Of a stretch of 64,000 bases of DNA, positions 25,609 through 35,943 are shown in pieces. The position numbers were made by a program, and so were the translations under genes. The notes beneath the pieces were generated by a model. It was not told the origin of the DNA. It worked only from the letters and a program-made list of their open reading frames with translations, and ran no database searches. The number at the start of each line of letters is the position of its first letter. The stretch's first letter is position 1. This DNA comes from an uncultured Lachnospiraceae bacterium. GTDB lineage: Bacteria > Bacillota > Clostridia > Lachnospirales > Lachnospiraceae. The DNA is taken from assembly GCA_910588535.1 (NCBI GenBank), contig CAJUOO010000002.1:47176-111175 (forward strand), given 5' to 3'.

Positions 25609-27432
25609 CTAACCAACAGGCTGATCCCAAGGTCCAGAGGGACCCTGCTGACTTGGCTGCGACCCCGGTCCAGACGAATAGCCCGGTCCCTGTTGGTAAG
25701 AATTATCTGGCTGTGAACTCGGTCCAGACTGTGGTCCCTGTTGGGATGGCATACCCGGTGTACCTGATGGTCCCTGCTGGTATGAATTATCTGGTGTACC
25801 TGATGGGTTTTGTTGATCAGAATTTTCTGGCGTGCCCGACGATCCCTGCTGATAAGGACCTTGCTGACCGGGATTATCTGGCGTACTAGGTGGATTCTGC
25901 TGACCAGAATTATCTGGTGTGCCCGATGGATTTTGTTGGCCAGAATTTTCTGGCGTACCAGATGAATTTTGCTGATCCGCTGGATCTGCCACTGCTGGGA
26001 CATCTTCTGGATTTTCAGGGTTCTCCGATGATGGCTCCTCTGAAACCGTTGCCCCCGGTCCCACTGAGATATAATTTGGTGCCGGCGCATAATAACTTGA
26101 ATTTACCTTTTCTTTCGAAACCTGAACACCATCTACATATACATATTTATATAGCTCTGCGCGATAGCCCGTGTGAGAACTTTGTGTCACCTTTCTGGCT
26201 CCCTCAGGAAGCGATGGATCTTCCTTTATCACATCCTCCGGCGGATTAATCACCTCTATCACTGTATTCTTATACTCAACCTTTCTGTTGGCAGGACGTT
26301 CATCCAAACCATAGATATTGAATGTGACACGCTTGTCCTTTGTGTAGCCCTCAATATAGATTGGAGCATTTGTATTATTTGTAAATACAAAATCCATACC
26401 ACTGCTCTCTGCTATCGCAGCATCTGAGGAAAGCTGCACATAACCAACTGTCAATCCATGATTATAGCGCTGATTCACCTCAAGCTCTGCCAACAAAACA
26501 GAATTATAAAGAGTGGTTGACACCTGACATACTCCGCCACCATAGCTGTCCACCAACATTCCACCCATGTAAGAGCCCGCTGGGAAATATCCATTTTCAG
26601 CGGTAAATGGAAGCATATGCTCCAGACAGGAGAATTTGTCTCCCGGCATCAAAACAGCTCCATTGATCTTTGAGACGGCCGCATCAATATTTTTGCATCT
26701 AGAACTTCCCGAAGAAGTGTATGATGTAGTAAATTCTGCCATCGGCGTAGATTGAATCTTAGCACACTCTGCAGCAGTCACCCTAGGATTCTGCACAGCT
26801 CCCACAAGACTCACTGTACAATCCTCATAATTCCAGCTTTCCAACATATAATTCTTCACTGCCAGAATAGAAGCTTCTATATCCACAGTACTTCCCACCT
26901 GCTCAGGAGTAATAGAAAAACCCTGCTCTGTCTTCTGGATCACAGCATCTACTGCTGGACTTTCCAATGTCCCAAGATTCGCCTCAATCCATGCTCTTAT
27001 CTTCGCATCATCAACAGCGATCTCTAGATCCAACGATGTCTCTGTATAAGCGAGATCCTTCTTCACCTTATATCTTCGAATTACATTCCCAGACTTACCC
27101 ATCTGATCAATATTGTCAAAGACATCGGGATTTGCCCATGACAGCCCAACCTCTGCCATCGAAGACTCTATTTTCTTATCGTCACTTCCCTCCAGAGCAA
27201 GCGTAATCTTTTTTGAACGAAGCTCTTCCATATAAGCTTCCACTGCTGCTTTTGCTTCTTCTTTTGTCATGCCGCCGACCTCTACTGGTCCAACTTTCAC
27301 ACCATCATACACAACTGCCTCTGACGCTTCTGACGTCTCCGCCGCGTATGCAGGACATACTGCCGTTCCCGCCACCGCTGTTAAACTCAGCACGACGGAA
27401 GCCACCATCGCGTAAGCATGATTCCTTTTCAT
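25609..27432 (-). CDS. VanW-family protein with G5 domain and Q/P/S/G-rich repetitive C-terminal tail
   Basis: It has a signal/anchor sequence (AYAMVASVVLSLTAVAG), a VanW core (GGGVCQVSTTLYN) and a G5-like segment. The ATG at 27432 (SD GGAGG) is preferred over the TTG at 27492. Confidence 0.8.
   Translation of the reverse strand: MKRNHAYAMVASVVLSLTAVAGTAVCPAYAAETSEASEAVVYDGVKVGPVEVGGMTKEEAKAAVEAYMEELRSKKITLALEGSDDKKIESSMAEVGLSWANPDVFDNIDQMGKSGNVIRRYKVKKDLAYTETSLDLEIAVDDAKIRAWIEANLGTLESPAVDAVIQKTEQGFSITPEQVGSTVDIEASILAVKNYMLESWNYEDCTVSLVGAVQNPRVTAAECAKIQSTPMAEFTTSYTSSGSSRCKNIDAAVSKINGAVLMPGDKFSCLEHMLPFTAENGYFPAGSYMGGMLVDSYGGGVCQVSTTLYNSVLLAELEVNQRYNHGLTVGYVQLSSDAAIAESSGMDFVFTNNTNAPIYIEGYTKDKRVTFNIYGLDERPANRKVEYKNTVIEVINPPEDVIKEDPSLPEGARKVTQSSHTGYRAELYKYVYVDGVQVSKEKVNSSYYAPAPNYISVGPGATVSEEPSSENPENPEDVPAVADPADQQNSSGTPENSGQQNPSGTPDNSGQQNPPSTPDNPGQQGPYQQGSSGTPENSDQQNPSGTPDNSYQQGPSGTPGMPSQQGPQSGPSSQPDNSYQQGPGYSSGPGSQPSQQGPSGPWDQPVG
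25612..26015 (-). repeat. degenerate in-frame tandem repeats encoding (QQNPSGTPDNSG)-like units
   Basis: Repeated CTGGTGTRCCYGATGG-like units are visible in the DNA, and the protein tail is low-complexity. Confidence 0.6.
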
Positions 27433-27525
27433 ATCTTCCTCCATACTTTCTACTTCAAAACTATTGCTATCCTTTGACATCCTCTTCTTCAAACGGTTGA
27501 CGCCAAAGCGAATTTCCGCTATACT

Positions 27526-27630
27526 TTATTGTAATGCACCTAACAGAACCGGAAGGATCATGGAAATAACCAGCAGAATAATAATTACTGCGGAAATAAT
27601 CTTTTTGGTTTTGGAATTATTAAAATCCAT
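27526..27630 (-). CDS. possible 34-aa hydrophobic peptide upstream of the VanW gene
   Basis: Encodes MDFNNSKTKKIISAVIIILLVISMILPVLLGALQ with SD AAGGGG about 7 nt upstream. Below the ORF-track cutoff. Confidence 0.3.
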   Translation of the reverse strand: MDFNNSKTKKIISAVIIILLVISMILPVLLGALQ

Positions 27631-27663
27631 ACTATCACCCCTTTCATGATTGGAGAAACAGCT

Positions 27664-28272
27664 ATGCGCTTTCCTGCACTTTTTGCTATTTTTGTCACAT
27701 TTTTACTCTGGCTGTCCTATGAGCTGCGAAAAGCTAAAAAGCTTGACGCAGATTCCTCTGCTTCCTTCTGGCAGCGTGAGGCACAAGCTGATAATGTCCG
27801 TAGACAGTCATTGGACAATCTTGATTATATCACAATTCCATTAGATTCCCTACCCTTTTTTTCTGGAATTGATGAAAAACTTGATGAACTACAAAAAAAT
27901 ATTACTGATCTCGCTCCCTGCACCATGGTAAACTTAAGTAATTACACCAACACAGAGCTAAAGCTCATGTATGGTCCCGCCAATCTTCCCGCACTTACGG
28001 AGTACGATCAAAATTACACACGGCTAGTACGCACTTTGTATCAGTGGGGAAACAGGCTGTCAGAAATTGGACATGACAAGGAAGCGATCCAAGTTCTTGA
28101 ATATGCCGTCTCTATTAAAAGTGATGTTACTGGTGGATATCTGCTTTTGGGAAAGCTATATCAAAAAACTGGAAGTCCGCATAAAATTGATACTCTTATT
28201 GCCACCGCCTCTTCATTGGACTCACTTCTCAAGGATAGCCTTGTACAACAACTAAAAACTCTGCGCCTCTAA
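27664..28272 (+). CDS. membrane-anchored protein with TPR-like C-terminal region
   Basis: One N-terminal TM helix (FPALFAIFVTFLLWLSY). The ATG at 27664 has SD TGGAGAA. Confidence 0.6.
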   Translation: MRFPALFAIFVTFLLWLSYELRKAKKLDADSSASFWQREAQADNVRRQSLDNLDYITIPLDSLPFFSGIDEKLDELQKNITDLAPCTMVNLSNYTNTELKLMYGPANLPALTEYDQNYTRLVRTLYQWGNRLSEIGHDKEAIQVLEYAVSIKSDVTGGYLLLGKLYQKTGSPHKIDTLIATASSLDSLLKDSLVQQLKTLRL

Positions 28273-28325
28273 CTTTAGCGCATACCATATCAATCAGGCT
28301 TCCATTATTTATCCTGTCATTTTTC

Positions 28326-29066
28326 TTACATCTTGTTTGAAATTTTGCCATGCATAAGGATTATTTTATCAATCCGCCTTGAAGCCTCACTTTTTGTGAG
28401 GTTCTCAAGCTCCATCTCCGGCAAACCATGGCAGGCCAAAAGTGCTTTCAGGTATCTAAGCTGTGCCGCTGTGGCTGGACTGTTCTTTTTTAGACGACAG
28501 TACAGTGGCACAGGACAGAAAAGCTTATTCACTTCTAAACTGCCACCATAACTATCCTTCAGCCGGCAATAAAGCTTAAACGCCGCTATCGCATCCTCCT
28601 TTGCTCGATGTGCCCGCGCGTTTTCAATCTGATAATAATGGCACAGTGCACCCAAACTGCGATCTTCCATATCAGGAAGCAATTTCCTTGCAATAGATAA
28701 GGTATCTATTCCGTTCCTCACAAATTTCTCTCCAATATCCGCCATATGTCTCTTAAGAAAACTATAATCAAATGTAACATTATGCCCAAGAAGTGCCTCT
28801 TGTCCGGCAAAATCCAAAAAAGCTCTTAAAGCTCTTTCTATATCAGGTGCTCCATCCAACATAGAATCCGTGATCCCTGTCAATTCTGTGACAAAACTAC
28901 TTAATTTCCTCTCCGGCTGTACAAATGTCTGAAATTCCTCTTCTATCCGCCCTGCTCTTATTCGCACCGCTCCAATCTCAATAATATGCTCCGTGCACGG
29001 ATTCAAACCTGTAGTCTCAACATCCACCGCAACAAAGCTATCCATGCTAGATTCCAATATAGGCAT
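28326..29066 (-). CDS. DEDDh 3'-5' exonuclease (DnaQ/PolC epsilon-like)
   Basis: Exo I is VAVDVETTG, Exo II is LLGHNVTFD and Exo III is HRAKEDA. SD AAAGGAGAG. The start overlaps the upstream gene by 20 nt. Confidence 0.85.
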   Translation of the reverse strand: MPILESSMDSFVAVDVETTGLNPCTEHIIEIGAVRIRAGRIEEEFQTFVQPERKLSSFVTELTGITDSMLDGAPDIERALRAFLDFAGQEALLGHNVTFDYSFLKRHMADIGEKFVRNGIDTLSIARKLLPDMEDRSLGALCHYYQIENARAHRAKEDAIAAFKLYCRLKDSYGGSLEVNKLFCPVPLYCRLKKNSPATAAQLRYLKALLACHGLPEMELENLTKSEASRRIDKIILMHGKISNKM

Positions 29067-30795
29067 ACAGCTCTCCTTTCTGTATCTGTGTCACTGCCGC
29101 CGCATAACTAAATGGATCTCTATTTCTATAATCAAACAGAAGAAACACCTCCTGCTCACTCCCCGTCAGCGGATTATAACAAAAATATTCTAGCTGCGTC
29201 AGCCTTGCAAGCTGCTTTCCATCACATTCTACATAATCTGGCAGATAATGGTGCCGTCTCGCCTCCACCTTATAAAAGGTCTTTCTCTCCTCCTTGTATT
29301 TCTCCGTATTCTGCGCAAAATCTATGCGACTTTTCCAGTTCTCCCTCAGATATAGATCATAACAAAGGCATTCTCGAAACTGTCCTTTTTCTCTTTCCGT
29401 CATATAGTTCTCCGCAAATGCAAGCAAAATCTCATATCGCTCCAACCGATTCAGTTTTCTGTTCGTCAAACCTTCCTGTCTGTAATATTCTGCCATACCA
29501 TCATACATATCATACGGTGATTTAAAATATGGAAGTAATTTTCGCACACTGGAAGTAAACTGTGCACTATTATAATATACCTCCACCATCTCCTCCACTC
29601 CCTTAAGTCTCAAGAGCTCCTTATAGCTGATCCATCTTGTATATAGCACCTCATAAGTTGGCATACTGCGAAATACCATGCCATAGCGCTCTGCCTCTTC
29701 CGCCATATAGGTTCCCGGCAAAACCTTTAAAAAACCAAGCTGAAGTTGATCTGGCTCCATCTGATAAATGGTATTAAAAGATTGGCAAAAACTATTATAA
29801 TCCTCATAGGGAAGCCCTGCAATCAGATCCAGATGAAGATGAATATTTCTGCCACCGCGCAATCTATCTACCACATACCTAACCTTATCAAGCTGCATTG
29901 TGCGGTGAATTTCTTTAAGAGTGCGGCTATTCGCCGACTGAACTCCTATCTCAAGCTGCACCAGCCCTCTTCTCATCCTTCCCAGAAGTAGAAGCTCATC
30001 CTCCTCCAACAAATCAGCCGCTATCTCAAAGTGAAAATTTGTGATCCCATTATCATGCTCAAAAAGATATCTCCAGATTTCCACTGCATGTTCCTTCCAA
30101 ACATTAAAGGTTCGGTCGACAAATTTCACCTGTCTCACCTTCTGATCTAGAAAAAACTGCAACTCCTTCTTCACCATAGAAAGCTCACGAAACCGAAGCT
30201 TTTTATCCACCGATGAGAGACAATAACTGCACGAAAATGGGCATCCTCTGCTGCTCTCATAATATACAATCCGATTTCTAAAATCTGTCATATCCTTATA
30301 GGGAAATGGCACCTCCGACAAAGCCACCATCTCCCCCACCTGTGTGTAAAAGATACCATCTTTCCCACGGCAAGCTAAATTCTGAACCGACGAAAGCTCC
30401 CTGATCCCACTGACATAATGTTCCAGCAACTGATAAAAGGTTCTCTCTCCCTCACCTATCATAATACCACTCAGACATGGATGCCTGCCAAGCAGCTCCG
30501 CCGCCCGATAAGAAGCCTCCGGCCCACCTAACCACAGCTTTGTGTCGGGAAGCACCTTACACAGCTCATCCGCCAACTGTTCTATCAGCACAATATTCCA
30601 GATATAGCAAGAAAACGCCACTGCATCCGGCTCACGCTGAAAAATATCTTCTAATATATGATCGACAGTATCATTGATGGTATATTCTGCCAACTCAATA
30701 TTTTCCTTAAAATCCCGACAATATGCCCGCAGATCATAGAGCGCCAGATTTGAATGGATATATTTAGCATTGACCGCAGCCAATAAAAATTTCAT
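29047..30795 (-). CDS. B12-binding-domain radical SAM protein
   Basis: Contains the CxxxCxxC motif (GCPFSCSYC) after an N-terminal B12-binding-like domain. ATG at 30795 with SD GGGAGG. Confidence 0.85.
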   Translation of the reverse strand: MKFLLAAVNAKYIHSNLALYDLRAYCRDFKENIELAEYTINDTVDHILEDIFQREPDAVAFSCYIWNIVLIEQLADELCKVLPDTKLWLGGPEASYRAAELLGRHPCLSGIMIGEGERTFYQLLEHYVSGIRELSSVQNLACRGKDGIFYTQVGEMVALSEVPFPYKDMTDFRNRIVYYESSRGCPFSCSYCLSSVDKKLRFRELSMVKKELQFFLDQKVRQVKFVDRTFNVWKEHAVEIWRYLFEHDNGITNFHFEIAADLLEEDELLLLGRMRRGLVQLEIGVQSANSRTLKEIHRTMQLDKVRYVVDRLRGGRNIHLHLDLIAGLPYEDYNSFCQSFNTIYQMEPDQLQLGFLKVLPGTYMAEEAERYGMVFRSMPTYEVLYTRWISYKELLRLKGVEEMVEVYYNSAQFTSSVRKLLPYFKSPYDMYDGMAEYYRQEGLTNRKLNRLERYEILLAFAENYMTEREKGQFRECLCYDLYLRENWKSRIDFAQNTEKYKEERKTFYKVEARRHHYLPDYVECDGKQLARLTQLEYFCYNPLTGSEQEVFLLFDYRNRDPFSYAAAVTQIQKGELYAYIGI

Positions 30796-30926
30796 AAAAC
30801 CTCCCATTTTTAGTCACTCTTTTTCATAATATCCAAAGTATAACATATTTCCTGAAAAAAAACAGTAATATTCCTTGTATATAATTTTGAACTTTTTGCG
30901 TTTTTCGAATTTTTATAAATTATTAG

Positions 30927-30955
30927 TTGACTTTTGAGAATGTATATGATAAAAT
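30927..30955 (+). promoter_or_regulatory. sigma-A type promoter for the tRNA-Gly pair
   Basis: TTGACT, a 17-nt spacer, then TAAAAT, about 30 nt upstream of the first tRNA. Confidence 0.6.
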
Positions 30956-30985
30956 ATTATTCAGTTACAGGTGTTAGATAATTTT

Positions 30986-31056
30986 GCGGGTGTAGTTCAA
31001 TGGTAGAACACTAGCCTTCCAAGCTAGATACGTGGGTTCGATTCCCATCACCCGCT
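30986..31056 (+). tRNA. tRNA-Gly (anticodon UCC)
   Basis: Cloverleaf folded by hand: acceptor GCGGGTG/CACCCGC, anticodon loop CTTCCAA, T-loop TTCGATT. No encoded CCA. Confidence 0.9.
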
Positions 31057-31085
31057 CTGGCGTCAGTTTAATATTATTTTTGTAT

Positions 31086-31157
<72 letters not shown>

Positions 31158-31218
31158 TTTTTTATTTAAGAAACCATATGCAAGTGTATATTCTTATCAC
31201 AATATGCGTACCACACTT

Positions 31219-31256
31219 CGAGTAGAGAAAAACGTTTTTCCCTACTCGATTTTTTA
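31219..31256 (+). terminator. intrinsic terminator after the tRNA genes
   Basis: The sequence CGAGTAGAGAAAAACGTTTTTCCCTACTCG forms a ~13-bp stem and is followed by ATTTTTT. Confidence 0.7.
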
Positions 31257-31450
31257 TATGCCGTCCTATACTACCCAAATATGCCTCTAAGGCTGCTGTA
31301 CACAGAATGAACGACAAGAAGAAAACTTCCCCCTACTCAACTTTCTCCGTCCATAATACCTACTCACAACATTGGTTCAAAAAAATATCAGTTTATTTCA
31401 AAAAAGTACTCTCTATCTTATCAAGCAAGAAGATTCTATTCTAAATCCTA

Positions 31451-32257
31451 TCAATCCCACCAGAAAAACCATACTTTTGACATTGTTAGCATCTCTGCCA
31501 ACATACCTACTGTCACATTATCACCCTGCTCCACAATATCGGGACAATACCCATACTGCTCTATAGCAAGCTTTATTGCCTTTTCCATATCCACAGGTTT
31601 TGGCACGTCAAATTCTAATACATCATGTGTTATCACAGCGGGAACTGCGCCATGTTGCTCATACCAATATTTAGCCACTGCCATCTGAGTTAGAGTATCA
31701 GGACATTCATTCCACCCGCCAAAGGGAACCCAAGCAAATACCTCCCAAGGATTTTTCACCGGAATCTTTGCCAGAAGCACCGGACCACAACCGCCGGAAG
31801 AATAATCACGATAGCCACTAAAATCGTTTACCTCGTTTTCCACGTCCTCGTCGTATTCCACCCCACCAAGCTCCTCCAGCATTTCTTCTATATCAAAAAG
31901 ATCTTCCTCATACATTTTCTTATACTGTTCCATCATGGATATTAGAATTTCCCTTCCATCCTCAAGTGGGGCTGCCAACATTTCTTGACGAAAGGCTGAT
32001 ACCTGTTCAGCATTATAATCTTCCTCTCCTTCTTCTTGGCTCTCATCAAACATATACATCGTCAGCCACTCTCCAAGTATCCCCTCCACCGGGACGATCA
32101 CTGGGACAAATCCTTCTTTCTCCCCCTGTCTTCTCGCTTCACGGTATGCACTTATCAGTGCAAAATCATCTGACGATGGCTCAAAGTACTGACAGGGACA
32201 GCCAAGATACTGGATAAACCCCGAAATTAACTCTTCTAATGTGTCATCTCTTCTCAT
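31451..32257 (-). CDS. DUF4253-like protein
   Basis: 268 aa with an acidic middle and C-terminal WVPFGGWNECPD, which I recall as a DUF4253 signature. Confidence 0.6.
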   Translation of the reverse strand: MRRDDTLEELISGFIQYLGCPCQYFEPSSDDFALISAYREARRQGEKEGFVPVIVPVEGILGEWLTMYMFDESQEEGEEDYNAEQVSAFRQEMLAAPLEDGREILISMMEQYKKMYEEDLFDIEEMLEELGGVEYDEDVENEVNDFSGYRDYSSGGCGPVLLAKIPVKNPWEVFAWVPFGGWNECPDTLTQMAVAKYWYEQHGAVPAVITHDVLEFDVPKPVDMEKAIKLAIEQYGYCPDIVEQGDNVTVGMLAEMLTMSKVWFFWWD

Positions 32258-32289
32258 ACTTATTATACTCCTTCTCTCTTATCAGAATG

Positions 32290-33585
32290 TTACATCTCAC
32301 TCGCCAAAAGATTAAGACAAACTGCTCCATATGGGCGTATGCTCATGAGATATACATTTCCTTTTCCTAGAGCTGCCTCCATATAATCCGCGTATTCATC
32401 TGCCAGCTCCTCCGGCAGCATCGCCATAATCACGCCTGCAAAACCTCCTCCGTGTATTCGGCACGCCCCGCATTTCTTTTCCTTTATAAAAAGCTCTGTG
32501 AGAGCAAGAGCTATCGAAATCCCCTGCTCTTGATACGAATGATTTGTAAAGCAATTCTGAAGCCATTTCCATGAGGAATTTCCAGATTCTGTGATCTCGG
32601 AAAGAAAATCATTAAATCGATTCTCCTTAAGTGCCAGCACCTCAGCCTCCACACGCTTATTTTCCTCAAAAAAATGAAGTGCTCTCATCACGGCACGATC
32701 CCCACATGCTTCTCTCACCGCAGCGAGATTTTCCAGCACCTGCTTCTCAGTAATGTCCGCACATACCTCTTTTCCAAAATAAGCTGCCACACTCTTCATC
32801 TCCTTTGGAACGGATGAATAGTCCTCACTCAAATCAGCATGGCCCTTCCCTGTATTTACGATAATCAGCTTATGCTTCTGTGCTCCAAAGTCAAACGCTA
32901 TCTTCTCCACCTCCGGCTCCTTCGGATTCTTAAAATCAATGGTAATCAGTCCCCCTGCCGCACATGCCATCTGATCCAGAAGCCCGGACGCCTTATCCCA
33001 ATACTGATTCTCTGCAAATTGCCCTATATGTGCATAATTTACAATATTTAATCGATCCTCATTATAAAAATGATTTAAGATCACGCAGATCAGCATCTCA
33101 AATGCCGCTGAGGAGCTAACCCCTGCCGCACTGATCACAGTGCTGCTTGTGTAGAGATCAAATCCGCCTATCTGAAAGCCAAAGCTTTGAAAACCTTTCA
33201 CTAAACCTTTGACAAGCTCTACCGTTCCCACATGCCTCTCGCCTCGCTCCAGCTCCTGCACAGATACTGTAAAATCCTGTGAAAACGTCTCACTGACAAT
33301 ATGTATCAACCCAGTATTATTTTTAGCTGCCACTCCAATGCAGTCAAGATTTATACTGCCTGCCAGCACCTTCCCGTGATTGTGATCTGTGTGGTTGCCA
33401 CTGATCTCCGTGCGCCCCGGTGAGCTAAAAAGACAGATATCCTTATCCCCAAAGGTCTGCTTGAACTTTTCCACAAGTTCCTGATAACGCTTTTGATTCT
33501 TCTCCCTCTCTCCCTTATACAGCCTCTCCAACAATGCCTCTGTTTTTTCTTCCTTCAAAAATGCCAGCGTTTCCTTACTATTCAT
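32290..33585 (-). CDS. galK: galactokinase (GHMP kinase family)
   Basis: Contains the PGRTEISGNHTDHNHG signature and the GHMP motif GAGVSSSAA. The ATG at 33585 is preferred over the GTG at 33597. Confidence 0.85.
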   Translation of the reverse strand: MNSKETLAFLKEEKTEALLERLYKGEREKNQKRYQELVEKFKQTFGDKDICLFSSPGRTEISGNHTDHNHGKVLAGSINLDCIGVAAKNNTGLIHIVSETFSQDFTVSVQELERGERHVGTVELVKGLVKGFQSFGFQIGGFDLYTSSTVISAAGVSSSAAFEMLICVILNHFYNEDRLNIVNYAHIGQFAENQYWDKASGLLDQMACAAGGLITIDFKNPKEPEVEKIAFDFGAQKHKLIIVNTGKGHADLSEDYSSVPKEMKSVAAYFGKEVCADITEKQVLENLAAVREACGDRAVMRALHFFEENKRVEAEVLALKENRFNDFLSEITESGNSSWKWLQNCFTNHSYQEQGISIALALTELFIKEKKCGACRIHGGGFAGVIMAMLPEELADEYADYMEAALGKGNVYLMSIRPYGAVCLNLLASEM

Positions 33586-33867
33586 TCTCCTACACACCTC
33601 TCCATTCCCATAAATTTAGCTCAAAAGTCAGCAATCTCACAGCAAAGCTGCGAAACAGGTTGATCTGGTACTATATCATGTATTATCTTATCACCCTTTT
33701 TACAAATTGCAAACCCTTTTTCACACTAACTCCCATCTGCCTGCTTTTTCATTCTTTCCAACAGAAAAATCCGTGCATTTCTGATAATTACACAGATCCA
33801 TGTATAAAAAGCTGCCACAGTTATATCCCGTGACAGCTCTCTTTTACAAATTACTATATGTCTTTTT

Positions 33868-34023
33868 CTATGCCTCTACAAACTGGTCTTTTCCTACACT
33901 GCACAGTGGACATTCAAAGTCCTCCGGCACATCCTCCCACTTTGTTCCCGGTGCAATTCCACCTTCTGGATAACCAGCTTCCTCATCGTACTCCCATCCA
34001 CATACTTCACAAACATATTTCAT
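33868..34023 (-). CDS. rubredoxin
   Basis: 51-aa ORF MKYVCEVCGWEYDEEAGYPEGGIAPGTKWEDVPEDFECPLCSVGKDQFVEA with two CxxC pairs. SD AAGGAGG 8 nt upstream. Below the track cutoff. Confidence 0.9.
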   Translation of the reverse strand: MKYVCEVCGWEYDEEAGYPEGGIAPGTKWEDVPEDFECPLCSVGKDQFVEA

Positions 34024-34079
34024 TGTCGTGTCCTCCTTTTATAATTTTCTCTTCTAATCATTACCCTATTTACTTCCAC

Positions 34080-35915
34080 CTATGCAAGTGGCTGAAAATC
34101 ACTTGCTCCATGCTTACAGATTGGACATACATAGTCTTCAGGAAGAGTATCTCCCTCATACACATAGCCACAGATCTTGCACACAAATCCCTTCTTTGGT
34201 TTCTCCTCCTTGCTAGCTGCAGCCGGCTTAGGTTTCACATTATCAAAATAATACTGATAGGTCATGCTTGGTTCCTCAACAAGCACCTTAGCCTCCGTCA
34301 CCTTGGCAACAAACAAGGTATGTGTGCCATAATCTTTGGAATCCACTAATTCCGCTGATATCACTGTATTTGTGTAAGCCGTCAGATAACAAATACCATT
34401 CTCTGTGCGCGCTGTATTCTCAAAACCTGCGAACTTGTCTGTATTCTTTCCACTCTGGAAGCCAAAGTTTTTAAATACCTCAAGCGGCGCTTCTTCGCTG
34501 AGCACGGATAGATTAAATACCCCTGTATTGCAGATCATCTCATGAGTGTAATTCATCTTATTTACAATTACAGCGATCTGATTAGGGGAAGCTGTCACCT
34601 GCATAGCTGTGTTAATTATACAGCCATTATCCTTTCCTCCATCCTTTGCCGTAAGCACATATAGACCATATGGCAGCTTAAGCATTGGATCAGAAACTGG
34701 TACCTCCTTCTTCTCACTCTTAATACTATCTGCTATCTTGTCTGCTATCACACAGAGCTGCTGATACTGTGCTTCCTTTACAGAAGAACTTATGCTGCAC
34801 ACAGGCTCCATATAGGTTATATTTTTACAACCCTTCAATACATCCATCATAAGCTTTGCACTGACAGGTGCCCATGAGCCATTCTCTATTATCGCCACTG
34901 TTCGATTCTGGATATTATGTGCGGCAAGATCATGGAGAAATGCCTCCATTGTGACAAAAATGCCTGCATTGTAGGTAGGTGAAGCCAGAACAAGATGGCT
35001 CATCTTAAATACCTCGGCGATCACCTCCGACGCCGCTGTCACAGAGACATCAAACATTACTGTTTTCACTCCCTGCTCTCTAAGCTTACATGCAAGAACC
35101 TCAGCAGCATTTCCTGTATTGCCGTAGATAGTAGCATAGGCAATCACAACTCCCTGCTCCTCCGGCTCATAACGACTCCACTTATCGTACTTGTCCACAT
35201 AAAATCCAATATTTTTTCTCCACACAAAGCCATGAAGTGGGCAGATCATCTGAATTGCAAGCCCGGATGCCTTCTTGAGCAGAGCCTGAACCTGCGGGCC
35301 ATATTTCCCCACAATATTTGTGTAATAGCGCCTTGCCTCATCCAGATAATCTCTCTCAAAATCTACCTCATCCGCAAAGATCGCTCCATTCAGCGCACCA
35401 AAGCAGCCAAATGCATCTGCCGCAAACAATATCTTATCTGTCTTGTCATATGATACCATAACTTCCGGCCAATGAACCATTGGAGCCATCACAAATGTAA
35501 GTACATGACGCCCAAAGGAGATCTCCTCCCCTTCCTTTACCACAACAGCACAACTATCCACATCAAAGCTGAAAAATTGCTTCATCATCGCTGCACTTTT
35601 TGCATTGCATATAATTTTAACCTGAGGATAGCGCAGCACAAGCTCCTGAAGTGTCGCGGAATGATCTGGTTCCATGTGATGAACCACAACATAATCAAGC
35701 TCTCTGTCTTTTAAAAGTTCTTCCAGATTCTCAAAAAATACCCCCGACACTGCCTTATCCACGGTATCAAATAATACGGTCTTCTCATCCAACAAAAGAT
35801 AAGAGTTATACGATACTCCGTCCGGCACGGAATAAACTCCCTCGAACATACTCAATCTTCTGTCATTTGCTCCAACCCAGATAAGATCCTCTGTCACATT
35901 TCTATAACAATACAT
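34080..35915 (-). CDS. multidomain flavodiiron protein (diiron beta-lactamase fold + flavodoxin + flavin-reductase-like + C-terminal rubredoxin)
   Basis: Contains the diiron motif HHMEPDHS, the flavodoxin-like segment VIAYATIYGNTGNAA, a flavin-reductase-like region and a C-terminal CKICG...CPICK. Confidence 0.85.
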   Translation of the reverse strand: MYCYRNVTEDLIWVGANDRRLSMFEGVYSVPDGVSYNSYLLLDEKTVLFDTVDKAVSGVFFENLEELLKDRELDYVVVHHMEPDHSATLQELVLRYPQVKIICNAKSAAMMKQFFSFDVDSCAVVVKEGEEISFGRHVLTFVMAPMVHWPEVMVSYDKTDKILFAADAFGCFGALNGAIFADEVDFERDYLDEARRYYTNIVGKYGPQVQALLKKASGLAIQMICPLHGFVWRKNIGFYVDKYDKWSRYEPEEQGVVIAYATIYGNTGNAAEVLACKLREQGVKTVMFDVSVTAASEVIAEVFKMSHLVLASPTYNAGIFVTMEAFLHDLAAHNIQNRTVAIIENGSWAPVSAKLMMDVLKGCKNITYMEPVCSISSSVKEAQYQQLCVIADKIADSIKSEKKEVPVSDPMLKLPYGLYVLTAKDGGKDNGCIINTAMQVTASPNQIAVIVNKMNYTHEMICNTGVFNLSVLSEEAPLEVFKNFGFQSGKNTDKFAGFENTARTENGICYLTAYTNTVISAELVDSKDYGTHTLFVAKVTEAKVLVEEPSMTYQYYFDNVKPKPAAASKEEKPKKGFVCKICGYVYEGDTLPEDYVCPICKHGASDFQPLA

Positions 35916-35943
35916 ATTTCTCCTCCTTATTCCTCACTTTTCA

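Noticed and set aside
25533-26249. Long ORFs on both strands (185 aa minus, 78 and 119 aa plus) lie over the 3' end of the VanW gene.
   Set aside because: They are alternative-frame shadows of the low-complexity tandem repeat region, with His/Gln/Arg-rich nonsense composition.
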